Source of the DNA: Vulcanimicrobiota bacterium
GTDB taxonomy: Bacteria; Vulcanimicrobiota; Xenobia; Xenobiales; JADMJV01
Length of the DNA stretch: 64,000 nucleotides
Direction: 5' to 3'
NCBI GenBank assembly: GCA_050250895.1
Contig: JBFWNU010000007.1
Location: 352,001-416,000, forward strand
Made by a program: the position numbers and the translations under genes. The notes beneath the pieces were generated by a model that ran no database searches, had not been told where the DNA came from, and was given only the letters and a program-made list of their open reading frames with translations. Each line of letters opens with the position of its first letter. The first letter of the stretch is position 1. Below are positions 28,291 through 37,383 of this stretch, piece after piece.

Positions 28291-30570
28291 ATGGGTAGAG
28301 TCGGGGTTAGCAAACGAGGTATCGCCCTCATATCGGTTCTGATGTTGTGCGCTCTTCTATTGACGCTCATCGGAGCCTTCGTCACCGTAAATCAGGCCTC
28401 TTCCAGGCTGACAGGCAACACTTTGACACGCAATCGGGCTCAGGATGCCTGCATGGCAGCGGTGGATCTTGCCTGGTACGAGCTTGAGCTCGACAAAGAT
28501 TGGGGCACAGGGGCAAGCCTGGGTTATCCCGGGGTAAAGCTGGTGCCGACCGCCGATCCCCATCTACAACTCCAGGAGAAGAGCGACGCCGATGGGCTGT
28601 ACCTCGAGGGCTCTCTCAGTGAGAATGGCGACTTCGACGCGCCCAACGCAGCTCGCTTCGAATTGCGAATCTACAATAACCTGAATTCTCGCTACCCCCT
28701 GGCTGGCGATTATCCGGTTCAGCCCCGGAGCGTCCGCTTGCGGGTCAAAGCCAGGTGTGGTTTGACCACCCGCACGGTCGACACCTTGCTACGGCAGGTG
28801 CCTTTCTCGCACGAGTCGATGGCCGCCAATGGTCGTGCCTCTGTGAATGGCGACCTGGCTCGCTTCGAAAGTCACGACCCCTACGTCAATCGCCTTAAAG
28901 CCGATGAGATGGTGCTGCCGTCGGCCGCCAACACTCGCTTTGTGGAACGCGGCGAGGCCACCGTGGCCAGCGGCAATCCCCTCTACCTGGGCGGCAGCAA
29001 CCTGGCCAGTCCCGGCTATGATAAAGCGTCTGACGAGAAGAAGACGGGCGGACAGTTCACTCTCGATGGGGCGAGCCCGAACGTGCCCGATCTCGACTCG
29101 AGCAAGTTGAAATTGCCGAGCACTACCGTCGAACTCGACGGCGGCACTTACGAGTTCGGCAATCTCGACCGCATCGAGTGGGTCAACCACACGATCGGAT
29201 ATAGCGTTCCCGACCCGATGGGTGGCAGCCATACCGAGTACTGCACCCGTTTTCAGAAAAAGACCACGACCTATACTTCGCTCAACGGCCCCAACGGCAA
29301 AGCCTGGGTGTCCGACAACGCAACGGCTACGGCCTTTGACCCTCCCTACGATCCTGGTTACGGTGACACCGGCTACGGATACGGGAGTGCGGGCGTGTCG
29401 TCTCCCCCCCTGGGTATGCAGCAAGACGTATGGACCATCGCTGGCACCGAAGGGGCCGGAGTGACGGTTAACCTGGCTACGGGACAGATGACGGTATCCT
29501 CGGGTGTGACCGTGCACGCCGATGGCGACTTCTTCCTGATCGCCGATGGCGACACCGCGCCCCAGCTTCTGTTTGGATATGACATCGATAGCGGCGGAGT
29601 GCCGATGCAGCAATCGCTCAAAGACGGTCTTCAAGCCGCTCAGGATAATCCTAAGCAGTATATGGCGGCCATGACCACTGACGGCGATTTCAAGGTCAGC
29701 GGCGACGCCGCCGGCTACGGCTCGATCCTGGCCAACGGAGCCCTCACTTTGCAGGCATCCTCCGGCTTTCGCTCGGCCCCGGAGTTGGGTGTGGTCATCA
29801 AAGGCGAGACCGTCACTATCAACCCGGCCAAGGATCCCGAACCCTCTTTTCCTGGCGAACCGACCTCGGTGGATTACTCGGTCTTCCGCGACGCAATCAA
29901 CACCTATGCCGGTGGTGACTGGACTAGCTTCGACCAGTGGCTCGACCTGACCGGAACTCAGCGAGACGCCATCGTGGGCACGGCACCCGGGGCCGATTTG
30001 CGCTCTACCCAGTTGCCTCAGAATGCAGATTACTACTACAACCAACTCAAGGCCGAGATGGGCTTGACCTTGCCTCCGCCTAACTTCGTAGCCGAGTTTG
30101 GCTCCGAGTGGGGCGGCTCGAGCATCTCGCTCGAACAGTATGCCCGCATGAAAGAATGGATGCAGACGGTCGCCAGCGGTTTCAAGAAAGGCAACGGCGA
30201 CGACTCCTGGATGCATATGGACCAGCGGATCAACGAAGTGGGGACACGTCTGGAGAATCAGCTCTCCTCTCACGCTAGCTGGGCCAAGAGTTATAAAGTC
30301 GATCTTCAGACCTATCTGGCCAATCCCGACCAGGTCGTGCCCGACATGTTCTATCAGGGTCTGCTCTACGCCGGCAGCGGCGGGTTGTCCGTGAACGCAA
30401 CCGGCAAGTCGGTTCGGCTGGAAGGTTCGATGATGAGCAAGGGCGACATTCAGGTCGACGGCGCAAAGGTCGAAATCGTTTATGACCGCGACCTTCTCGA
30501 CGACCTGTTCCAGTCGACCCTCGGAGCCAACGGTCTTCGGCTTGAGCGCGTTTTCTTCAATCTCAACTAG
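28291..30570 (+). CDS. Large PilX/GspK-like pilin protein
   Basis: KRG|IALISVLM lacking Glu5 (typical of PilX/GspK); C-terminal beta-rich segment GLLYA...GSMMSKG...YD. Confidence 0.7.
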   Translation: MGRVGVSKRGIALISVLMLCALLLTLIGAFVTVNQASSRLTGNTLTRNRAQDACMAAVDLAWYELELDKDWGTGASLGYPGVKLVPTADPHLQLQEKSDADGLYLEGSLSENGDFDAPNAARFELRIYNNLNSRYPLAGDYPVQPRSVRLRVKARCGLTTRTVDTLLRQVPFSHESMAANGRASVNGDLARFESHDPYVNRLKADEMVLPSAANTRFVERGEATVASGNPLYLGGSNLASPGYDKASDEKKTGGQFTLDGASPNVPDLDSSKLKLPSTTVELDGGTYEFGNLDRIEWVNHTIGYSVPDPMGGSHTEYCTRFQKKTTTYTSLNGPNGKAWVSDNATATAFDPPYDPGYGDTGYGYGSAGVSSPPLGMQQDVWTIAGTEGAGVTVNLATGQMTVSSGVTVHADGDFFLIADGDTAPQLLFGYDIDSGGVPMQQSLKDGLQAAQDNPKQYMAAMTTDGDFKVSGDAAGYGSILANGALTLQASSGFRSAPELGVVIKGETVTINPAKDPEPSFPGEPTSVDYSVFRDAINTYAGGDWTSFDQWLDLTGTQRDAIVGTAPGADLRSTQLPQNADYYYNQLKAEMGLTLPPPNFVAEFGSEWGGSSISLEQYARMKEWMQTVASGFKKGNGDDSWMHMDQRINEVGTRLENQLSSHASWAKSYKVDLQTYLANPDQVVPDMFYQGLLYAGSGGLSVNATGKSVRLEGSMMSKGDIQVDGAKVEIVYDRDLLDDLFQSTLGANGLRLERVFFNLN

Positions 30571-30628
30571 GTCACCGCGGCCCTGGTGGCAAAGCCTCGG
30601 GGGAAAGAGGTAGAGCCACACCCCCGCA

Positions 30629-31606
30629 ATGAAAAGCTCGGTCATAGCCCTGCTAAAAGAAGCCTGCAAGTTTCTACAGAGCTTCTCCAATTGTCAGGGG
30701 GCCGTCGTTTTCTTGCGCGATGATCTCCATAAGCCCCTGGTGGCTCGGCTGACGCGTGGCATCGAGCCCACGGATTTGCGGGCTTACTGTCCTCGCGACG
30801 TGCTCGAAGAGGTTCAGCGAACCCGCAAGAGTGTGCTGGTCATGGACTCCAAGAAAGACTCGCGATTTCGAGACCAGAAGGCTCCTTTCCGGTCGGCTTT
30901 CTACGTGCCGATTCTCGATGCCCAGCATCGTTCGATCGGCTTGTTCTACGCCATGAATTCCACCAAACCCGTCGCCTTCTCGCTGGCTCACCTGGCTCAG
31001 GTTGAAGACTATGCTCGAAGCTTGGGCGAGAAGCTGGTCGAGTTGCGCTGGACCGAGGCCGAGGCGCCGCCCCCTCCACCTCCGCCACGGCTGGCCAGGC
31101 TACCCTCGCTGCCCCCCCTGAGTGAAGTTCCGTCCAAGCTGAAGTGGCTGGTGCCTCTGGCCCTGGTCCTACTGTTGCTGACCGGCTTCGGAGTGTGGCG
31201 CTGGAAGGGCCGCCAGAGCCAGGCCGGAGGCGCTCCGCCGGTGGTTTCGGCCACGGCCACACCCAACCAACCCACCGGTCCTTTGCAAGGCTACATCGTG
31301 CTCGAAGGCACCTTGCTCCAAAGACCCGACTTCAGGCCGATGGCTTCGTCGGCGGTGGCTCGGGGAACTCTGCTCCTCACTCTGGGTGACGAGCATTTGA
31401 GCGCGTCAGGGTCAGACCTCAAGCTGGCCTGGGGAGGAGCTTTCTCGGCCAGTTGCCGGACTACCCTCTCCGACCCTAAGGGTCGAGCCAAGGTTCGCCT
31501 GACGGTGCCTGGCTATAAGCCGGTCGCCCTCACGGTGCAAGTCAACTCGGGTAAAGCTTCGCTGGGGAGGGTCATCTTCGCCCCGGCTCAAGGCTTCAAG
31601 AAATAG
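30629..31606 (+). CDS. GAF-domain membrane protein
   Basis: N-terminal GAF (DSRF...SAFYVPI...IGLFY), Pro-rich linker, single TM, extracytoplasmic beta domain. Confidence 0.7.
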   Translation: MKSSVIALLKEACKFLQSFSNCQGAVVFLRDDLHKPLVARLTRGIEPTDLRAYCPRDVLEEVQRTRKSVLVMDSKKDSRFRDQKAPFRSAFYVPILDAQHRSIGLFYAMNSTKPVAFSLAHLAQVEDYARSLGEKLVELRWTEAEAPPPPPPPRLARLPSLPPLSEVPSKLKWLVPLALVLLLLTGFGVWRWKGRQSQAGGAPPVVSATATPNQPTGPLQGYIVLEGTLLQRPDFRPMASSAVARGTLLLTLGDEHLSASGSDLKLAWGGAFSASCRTTLSDPKGRAKVRLTVPGYKPVALTVQVNSGKASLGRVIFAPAQGFKK

Positions 31607-32123
31607 TGGTGAGAAGGCCTTCGCCGGCTCCCACAGCGACGCCCTCGAGATACACTTCGGTCAGCAGGCTGCGAAACTGTTCGACATTTTCCACCTCGGC
31701 CAATCTCTGGCAAGTTCCTTGCAGGCTTTGGTGGTGCAATTCCAGATAACTCTCGAGGCCATCTCGGCCTTCTAACGAGGCGACTTTCTCGGCTTCTCGC
31801 AGGACCGTGTCGGTGGGCGGGTTCAGGTCGTCGAGGGAGCGCAGGGCGTGGCTGGCCAGGGACTCGAAGACGCCCGTCACCAAGCCGCCTTCGAGAAAGG
31901 TGAGGGTGGTTTCGAGGGCCTGTTCGGGGGAGGGGAGGGTGGTGACCTCGGCTAGCGCCAGATTGGCGCCATTGCGGGTTTCGACGATCACGTCCTTGAA
32001 GACGGGACCCCAACGTTCGGGCTCTTCGGCCAGCATTTCGCGTAGACCCGGCGCAGATTGACGCGCTTCAGACAGCAGGGAACGTAGGCCTGGGGAACAG
32101 GCGGGTGGCGTGTTCAACTTCAT
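31596..32123 (-). CDS. Hypothetical protein
   Basis: Acidic helical ORF filling the gap; start 32123 or 32135. Confidence 0.55.
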   Translation of the reverse strand: MKLNTPPACSPGLRSLLSEARQSAPGLREMLAEEPERWGPVFKDVIVETRNGANLALAEVTTLPSPEQALETTLTFLEGGLVTGVFESLASHALRSLDDLNPPTDTVLREAEKVASLEGRDGLESYLELHHQSLQGTCQRLAEVENVEQFRSLLTEVYLEGVAVGAGEGLLTTIS

Positions 32124-32180
32124 GATCACCAGCATGACCAGGGAGTTTGACTCAGGGGTTGCCCAAAGATGAAAACTTCG

Positions 32181-33020
32181 TCAGGGTGCCTGGAGCTGGC
32201 GCTCTTCCAGGGCGGCGGCTTTCTTGGTGGCCTTCTTCAGGGTGTCGGGGTCCAGGCCGGGGCGATCGAGGACTTGCTGCAGAGTGGCTCGAGCCTCGGG
32301 CAACTGGCCGCTTCGCTCCTGGACTTCGGCTTTGGCCAATAACAGCTGGGGATTCTCTGGCTCCAGCTGTTGAGCGTCAGAGATATCCTGGCGAGCCAGT
32401 TCGAGTTTGTCCAGGCCGAGGCGGGCCAGGGCGCGCCCCCCCCGGGCGAGGATGTCCTCGTGATCGATTTCCAGAGCCTTTCCGAAGGCCAGCTCGCTTT
32501 CAGCGTAGTGTTTCAGGTCCAGCAGCGATTCACCCCGCAGTCGGTGAAGGGCCCCGACCCGGGGAAGCTTTTTCAGGCCCCTCTCGGCGGTGCGCAGGGC
32601 TGCCTCTGGTCGCTCCAGTCTCAATTGCAAGTCGACCAGGCGCTGCCAGCCCTCGACCCATTCGGGGGCCAGCCGCGTGGCTTTGAGCAGATCGCGCTGC
32701 GCCTGCTCCGTCTGGTTTGATCTCTCATAAGCCTCGGCCCGAGCGACCAGCACTCTGGGATTGGTAGGATCCTGGTGGGCGGCCTCGTCAAGAGCGGCCA
32801 GAGCCGGTTCGAGTTGACCCAGGGCCAGGTAAGAACGGCCCAGGTTGTAACTCGCGTTGGGCCAGTTGGGATTGAGGGCCAGGACCCGCTGGTATCCGTC
32901 CACGGCCTGCTGGTAGCGCCCGTGGTCGAAGGCCTGGTAGGCTCGGTAGGCCAGACGAGAGGTCTGCTCACATCCGGTCAACATCAAGGTGACGACGATT
33001 GCCAGGCAGGTGCGGCGCAT
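32181..33020 (-). CDS. TPR-repeat lipoprotein
   Basis: MRRTCLAIVVTLMLTG|C lipobox and multiple TPRs. Confidence 0.88.
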   Translation of the reverse strand: MRRTCLAIVVTLMLTGCEQTSRLAYRAYQAFDHGRYQQAVDGYQRVLALNPNWPNASYNLGRSYLALGQLEPALAALDEAAHQDPTNPRVLVARAEAYERSNQTEQAQRDLLKATRLAPEWVEGWQRLVDLQLRLERPEAALRTAERGLKKLPRVGALHRLRGESLLDLKHYAESELAFGKALEIDHEDILARGGRALARLGLDKLELARQDISDAQQLEPENPQLLLAKAEVQERSGQLPEARATLQQVLDRPGLDPDTLKKATKKAAALEERQLQAP

Positions 33021-33124
33021 GAGACCACAATTCTGGGGGCTTTCGAACCTACCTGGGGAATTCAAGAAACTTTCAGGCGTCCCGGCTATGCTATTACCAC
33101 AGCACGCGAAAGGATTCCAACCCA

Positions 33125-33397
33125 ATGATCACCTCCAATCTTCGTCTTCCCATCTACGGTCAGGTTCCCAGTCACTCGGCTTGCGGCGGCAATTGCTCCT
33201 GCGGCGGGTGCGGCAAGGCCGGCAAGACCGAGGGGGTGGCTAGCTCCTCGAAGCGGGTCGAGGGCCCGAAAACGGACGCTGGAGTGAAATCTACCTGCGG
33301 TAGCGGTTGCAGCGGCGACTGCTCTAGCTGCGGCGTAAAGACCTTGAGGATGCCTCCCCAGGGGCTCGCCGAGATTCGCCCCCCGGTCAAGTGGTAA
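33125..33397 (+). CDS. Small Cys-cluster protein (metallothionein-like)
   Basis: 90 aa with CGGNCSCGGC and CGSGCSGDCSSC; AAGGA RBS upstream. Confidence 0.6.
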   Translation: MITSNLRLPIYGQVPSHSACGGNCSCGGCGKAGKTEGVASSSKRVEGPKTDAGVKSTCGSGCSGDCSSCGVKTLRMPPQGLAEIRPPVKW

Positions 33398-33431
33398 TAA
33401 ATCTTTAACAGACCCATCGCCGCCTCTGCCT

Positions 33432-34454
33432 ATGGTGGAGGCGATGTTGTGTACCGCACCCAGAGCATCGGACCCGATCCAGAGGTTGCATCCGGTCGCT
33501 CGCCAGTTGTTCGAGCAGGCCGATGAGGCTTACGCCGAGGCCACCGGTGGTGAGCACCTGCATATCAACAGCGGACTTCGCGACGTTTATCGTCAGGCGG
33601 AGCTATACCAGTGCTGGCGCCGGGGCGACAACGACTGTAACCCGGCCAACATTCCCGGGGCTTCCATCCACAACTATGGGCTGGCCATCGACATCGGCCG
33701 GTCCTGGGAACCTCAGGTCATCGCGTCGATGAAAGAGGCTGGTTTCGAGCAAACCGTGATGCCGCGTGAGCCCTGGCATTTCGAGCCGGTCGGCCGACCC
33801 GAGCACGACCAGGCTTTGGCCCGCCAGCGCGAGATGAAGGCTCCCGGCTCCATCGCCCGCCAGTGGCAGAGCGAATGGGAGACCTCTCGCGAGAAAGATG
33901 ATCAGCGCCATCAGCTAGAGCGAGATTTCGTAGGCGGCGTGGCCGACTGGAACCAGCGCCGCCAACAGCTTCAGGCCGAGCAAAGCGCCTATGGCCGAGA
34001 GCGTGCCACCTATAAAGAGGAGGACAGCGACTGGGTGGGTGAGTGGAAAGGCTACCAGCAGAACCGCTCCCAGTTGGCCCACGAGTGGACCGACCTGGAC
34101 GCCTTGAGGCGCCGCATCGAACAGTTGCCGTCCGGCCCCGAGCGGGACCGCCTGGTGGCCGAGCACCAGCAGCGCAGCGCGGCCGCACGCCAGCGTCAAC
34201 AGCAACTCGACGCCCGCCAGCTGGAACTCGAGGCGGCGCGGGCCAATCTTGATGCTGTGCGTCAAGAACTCGATCTGCGCCGGAGCGAACTGCTAAGCCG
34301 CTCTTCCCGCCTTCACCACGAGTTGGCGGGCCTGCAGCAAGAGCGGCAGACGTTTCATCGGTTGGAAAACGAAGTCGCTCAGCACCAGGCCCGAGCCGGC
34401 GAATTGCTCGACCGAATCGCTGAACTGGTGCAGCCGGTTCCGGTCTACGGGTAG
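33432..34454 (+). CDS. M15 family (VanY-like D,D-carboxypeptidase) metallopeptidase with a C-terminal coiled coil
   Basis: SGLR...Q, SIHNYGLAID and EPWHF motifs; ~190-aa E/Q/R-rich tail. Start 33432 or 33444. Confidence 0.85.
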   Translation: MVEAMLCTAPRASDPIQRLHPVARQLFEQADEAYAEATGGEHLHINSGLRDVYRQAELYQCWRRGDNDCNPANIPGASIHNYGLAIDIGRSWEPQVIASMKEAGFEQTVMPREPWHFEPVGRPEHDQALARQREMKAPGSIARQWQSEWETSREKDDQRHQLERDFVGGVADWNQRRQQLQAEQSAYGRERATYKEEDSDWVGEWKGYQQNRSQLAHEWTDLDALRRRIEQLPSGPERDRLVAEHQQRSAAARQRQQQLDARQLELEAARANLDAVRQELDLRRSELLSRSSRLHHELAGLQQERQTFHRLENEVAQHQARAGELLDRIAELVQPVPVYG

Positions 34455-34825
34455 CGGAAGACTTTCGAACTCGTCTTCTTGGCCGCCGATACGGCCTCTA
34501 CGCGAAGCTCGAATTTGCCCTTTTCGAAGGCGTCGTGCTGATGACCCTGCAGCACGCTATCGAACTGGCGGGTCTCGTGGCGATGGGGAGCCATGTCGCG
34601 AAAGTCTTTCCAGATGGCCAGCTGGCGCCACACCTTTTCCTCTGGGCCTTTCACGAACAGCTTGACGGTGATGGGCTGACGGGCCGTGTCACCCGCCGGG
34701 TTATGAACGGTCACATCGATCAGAAAGCGACCTTCGTTCTTGGCTGTGACCACAGCCGATTTGGGCTCGACATCGGCCAGGACCGCGGACGAAAGCAAAA
34801 AAAACAGCAAAAACCAGGCTCTCAT
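34445..34825 (-). CDS. Secreted hypothetical protein
   Basis: Signal peptide MRAWFLLFFLLSSAVLA; start overlaps the pth stop. Confidence 0.7.
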   Translation of the reverse strand: MRAWFLLFFLLSSAVLADVEPKSAVVTAKNEGRFLIDVTVHNPAGDTARQPITVKLFVKGPEEKVWRQLAIWKDFRDMAPHRHETRQFDSVLQGHQHDAFEKGKFELRVEAVSAAKKTSSKVFRYP

Positions 34826-35478
34826 GACAGATCATGATTGCTAGTTCCGCCGGTCTCTCCTGCCGGTGGGGTTGGGGGGGCGCCGTTGAAGCCGCTCATG
34901 GCTGTCTCGATTCCCTGTCTTAGCCAGACTTCCAGGCAATCGCAGGCCCGGCTCAGCATGGTGGCCACCAGGTCATGTTCTGGTGCGGTAAAGTTCTCGA
35001 GCACGAAGTCGGCCGGATCTTGCCCATCGGGAACCGGGCCGATTCCCATGCGGAGGCGCGGATAGTCGGTGGTGCCGAGTCTGGCGTTAATGTCCTTGAG
35101 GCCGTTGTGTCCTCCCGAACTGCCGCCAGCGCGGACCCGCAGCCGACCCAGCGGCAGCGAAAAGTCGTCAAGCACCACCATGATCTGCGCGGGGGCGAGG
35201 TTGCGCGTGGTAGCCAGCCAGTGGACCGCCTCGCCCGAGAGATTCATATAGGTCCGCGGCTTGAGCAGGAAGAGTTCCCGCTCGTCAAAGCGGGCTCGGT
35301 GTAGCAAGGCCAGGGGGTGGCCTTTGCGATCGCTGGACGGCAGCCGGGCGACGAACTCTCGTACAACCATGAAACCCAGGTTGTGCCGCGTTGCCGCATA
35401 GCGTTCTCCTGGGTTTCCTAGACCGACGATGGCGGCCGACGAGTTATTCGGCCGCAGCGGGCTCGGCGTTATCTCCAT
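34822..35478 (-). CDS. pth: Peptidyl-tRNA hydrolase
   Basis: IVGLGNPG..Y..TRHN.GF, KP.TYMNLSG, GGHNGL, RLRMGIG; exact start uncertain. Confidence 0.96.
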   Translation of the reverse strand: MEITPSPLRPNNSSAAIVGLGNPGERYAATRHNLGFMVVREFVARLPSSDRKGHPLALLHRARFDERELFLLKPRTYMNLSGEAVHWLATTRNLAPAQIMVVLDDFSLPLGRLRVRAGGSSGGHNGLKDINARLGTTDYPRLRMGIGPVPDGQDPADFVLENFTAPEHDLVATMLSRACDCLEVWLRQGIETAMSGFNGAPPTPPAGETGGTSNHDLS

Positions 35479-36073
35479 CTTCTCCTTCATCCTCGGTCTC
35501 GAGGCCAGCGCCGGCCAGGCCTCTAGGAGCGAGGATGTTGACGATCCGCTTGTTGGGGTCGTGGAGTAGCTCGACCTCTTTTTCGAACTCGAGCTCGTTG
35601 AGCCGTTTGTTCTGGCCGGGCTTCATCTTCGAGATGTCGAGCAGGTAGCTCTTGGGGATATCGGCCGGGAGGGCACGGATATTGAGTTCGCGGAGATAGA
35701 GCTGGGCCATGCCACCACGGGTCCTGACCTCGGCCTCGCCGGTCATACGCACGGGCACCTTGGCCTGGACTTTTTCGTCAAGCTTGATGCGCTTGAAGTC
35801 GACGTGGGTGAGAAATCGCTGAAAAACGTCGCGCTGATAGTCCGCCAGCATGCAGGTATGGGTGTCTCCACCTTCGACAGCGAGTTCGACGATGAGGTTG
35901 AGACCATGCTCCTTCATCAACCCGGCCAGGTTCTTCTCGTCGAGCTCGACCAGCACCGGCTCCTCGTTTCTGCCATAGAGCACGCCGGGGATGCGTCCCT
36001 GCGCACGAATCTTGCGGGCAACACCTTTGCCGGTGCCTTCACGTTGTTTACAATCTACCTTTACCTGGGCCAC
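35444..36073 (-). CDS. rplY: 50S ribosomal protein L25 / Ctc
   Basis: GKGVARKIR..GRIPGVLYG, HVDF; AAGGAGG RBS; conserved rplY-pth order. Confidence 0.95.
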   Translation of the reverse strand: MAQVKVDCKQREGTGKGVARKIRAQGRIPGVLYGRNEEPVLVELDEKNLAGLMKEHGLNLIVELAVEGGDTHTCMLADYQRDVFQRFLTHVDFKRIKLDEKVQAKVPVRMTGEAEVRTRGGMAQLYLRELNIRALPADIPKSYLLDISKMKPGQNKRLNELEFEKEVELLHDPNKRIVNILAPRGLAGAGLETEDEGEDGDNAEPAAAE

Positions 36074-36198
36074 GGGGCTCCTCCTTGTTATATGGGCGAA
36101 GAACTTTGGGGATTCTAAGGCGACAGGCGATCTCCTGTCAAGTCCGACAGGATTTGACAGGACCCAGGAGGGTTGGCGGGTGGGTAGAACAGGGGCGG

Positions 36199-37326
36199 AT
36201 GCCTAGCCAGGTTCGCCTGCTGGTGGCCCGATTGGACCGGCTGATGGAACGTATTGTCGTCTACCGTCCAACTGGGCGTCGGGCCAGGCCATGGAAGCTG
36301 CTGACTGCCCTTTTGCTGGCGGGCGCTTTTCTCATGCAGGTCTGGCGTCCCACTCAGCCGGTGGTCGATCTCTTTGTCTTTCCTGTGCTGGTAGCCTGTT
36401 TCTTTTTGCGCCGGGACGGCCTGAAGGCCATCCCGGCGGCCCTGGTTCTCTATCACGTGGGGGCCATGATCGAAGGCCGGCTCAGCTGGCGAGTGCTCCT
36501 GCTCAACGATGCTATCCACCTGCTGGAGTGGGGATTGCTGAGCATGTTCGTGCTGGTCACGCTCGAAAAGTATGTGGCCGTGCGTCAACTCGAAGCCAAC
36601 ATCCGCCAGGATTTGCAACTGGCCAAGACGCTCCAGACGGCGCTGGTGGTGCGCGAGTATGAGTTGGGCAAAGTTCGCATCGATGGCACGATCCACCAGT
36701 GCAACGATGTGGGGGGAGACTTCTTCTACTTTAGACCCTTTCAGGAGAAATACGTCACCTTCTGCCTGGGGGACGTGATGGGCAAGGGGATCTCGGCGTC
36801 GTTGCTCATGTCGATGGTAATGAGCTTCATGTTCGAGTGGGGCAAGAAGAGCCCATCTCCGAGTTTCGTGCTCAAGAAGCTCAATCATCGGCTGATGCGT
36901 CTGTGGGCCAGTCACTCCGACTTCTTTCTGGCCATGGTCTATGCCGTCTATAACGAACAGGACCAGCAGTTGACTTTCGCCGGTGGGGGCCATCAGGGTG
37001 GCCTGATCCTGCGGCGCGACGGCAGTATCGAACCGGCGACCACGGAGGGCCTTCCCCTGGGTGTGCTCGAAGAGGCCGAATACCCCGAGAAAACCGTCAC
37101 CATGCAGGCCGGCGACCGGATGGTCCTGTGTACCGACGGTGTCACCGAGGCCCGCAGCCCCGGCGGAGACCTGTTTGGCGGCGAGCGGCTCGCCCAGGTC
37201 TTGCGCCGCGGAGTCGACCTGAGTGGCCGCGAGTTGGTCGAACAGCTCGAGGCGGCGGTGCTGCGCCATACGGGCGGAAACTACACCGACGACCTGGCCA
37301 TTCTCGTCTTTAGCGTAAAACCCTGA
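36199..37326 (+). CDS. Membrane PP2C/SpoIIE-family phosphatase
   Basis: TM N-terminus; VGGDFF, GDVMGKG, TDGVTE, DDLAIL. Start 36199 or 36244. Confidence 0.9.
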   Translation: MPSQVRLLVARLDRLMERIVVYRPTGRRARPWKLLTALLLAGAFLMQVWRPTQPVVDLFVFPVLVACFFLRRDGLKAIPAALVLYHVGAMIEGRLSWRVLLLNDAIHLLEWGLLSMFVLVTLEKYVAVRQLEANIRQDLQLAKTLQTALVVREYELGKVRIDGTIHQCNDVGGDFFYFRPFQEKYVTFCLGDVMGKGISASLLMSMVMSFMFEWGKKSPSPSFVLKKLNHRLMRLWASHSDFFLAMVYAVYNEQDQQLTFAGGGHQGGLILRRDGSIEPATTEGLPLGVLEEAEYPEKTVTMQAGDRMVLCTDGVTEARSPGGDLFGGERLAQVLRRGVDLSGRELVEQLEAAVLRHTGGNYTDDLAILVFSVKP

Positions 37327-37383
37327 TTTTGCCTTCACTTGCGGTCTCTCGCGTGCTATACTCGAGGGTAGGAGAGTGATACC

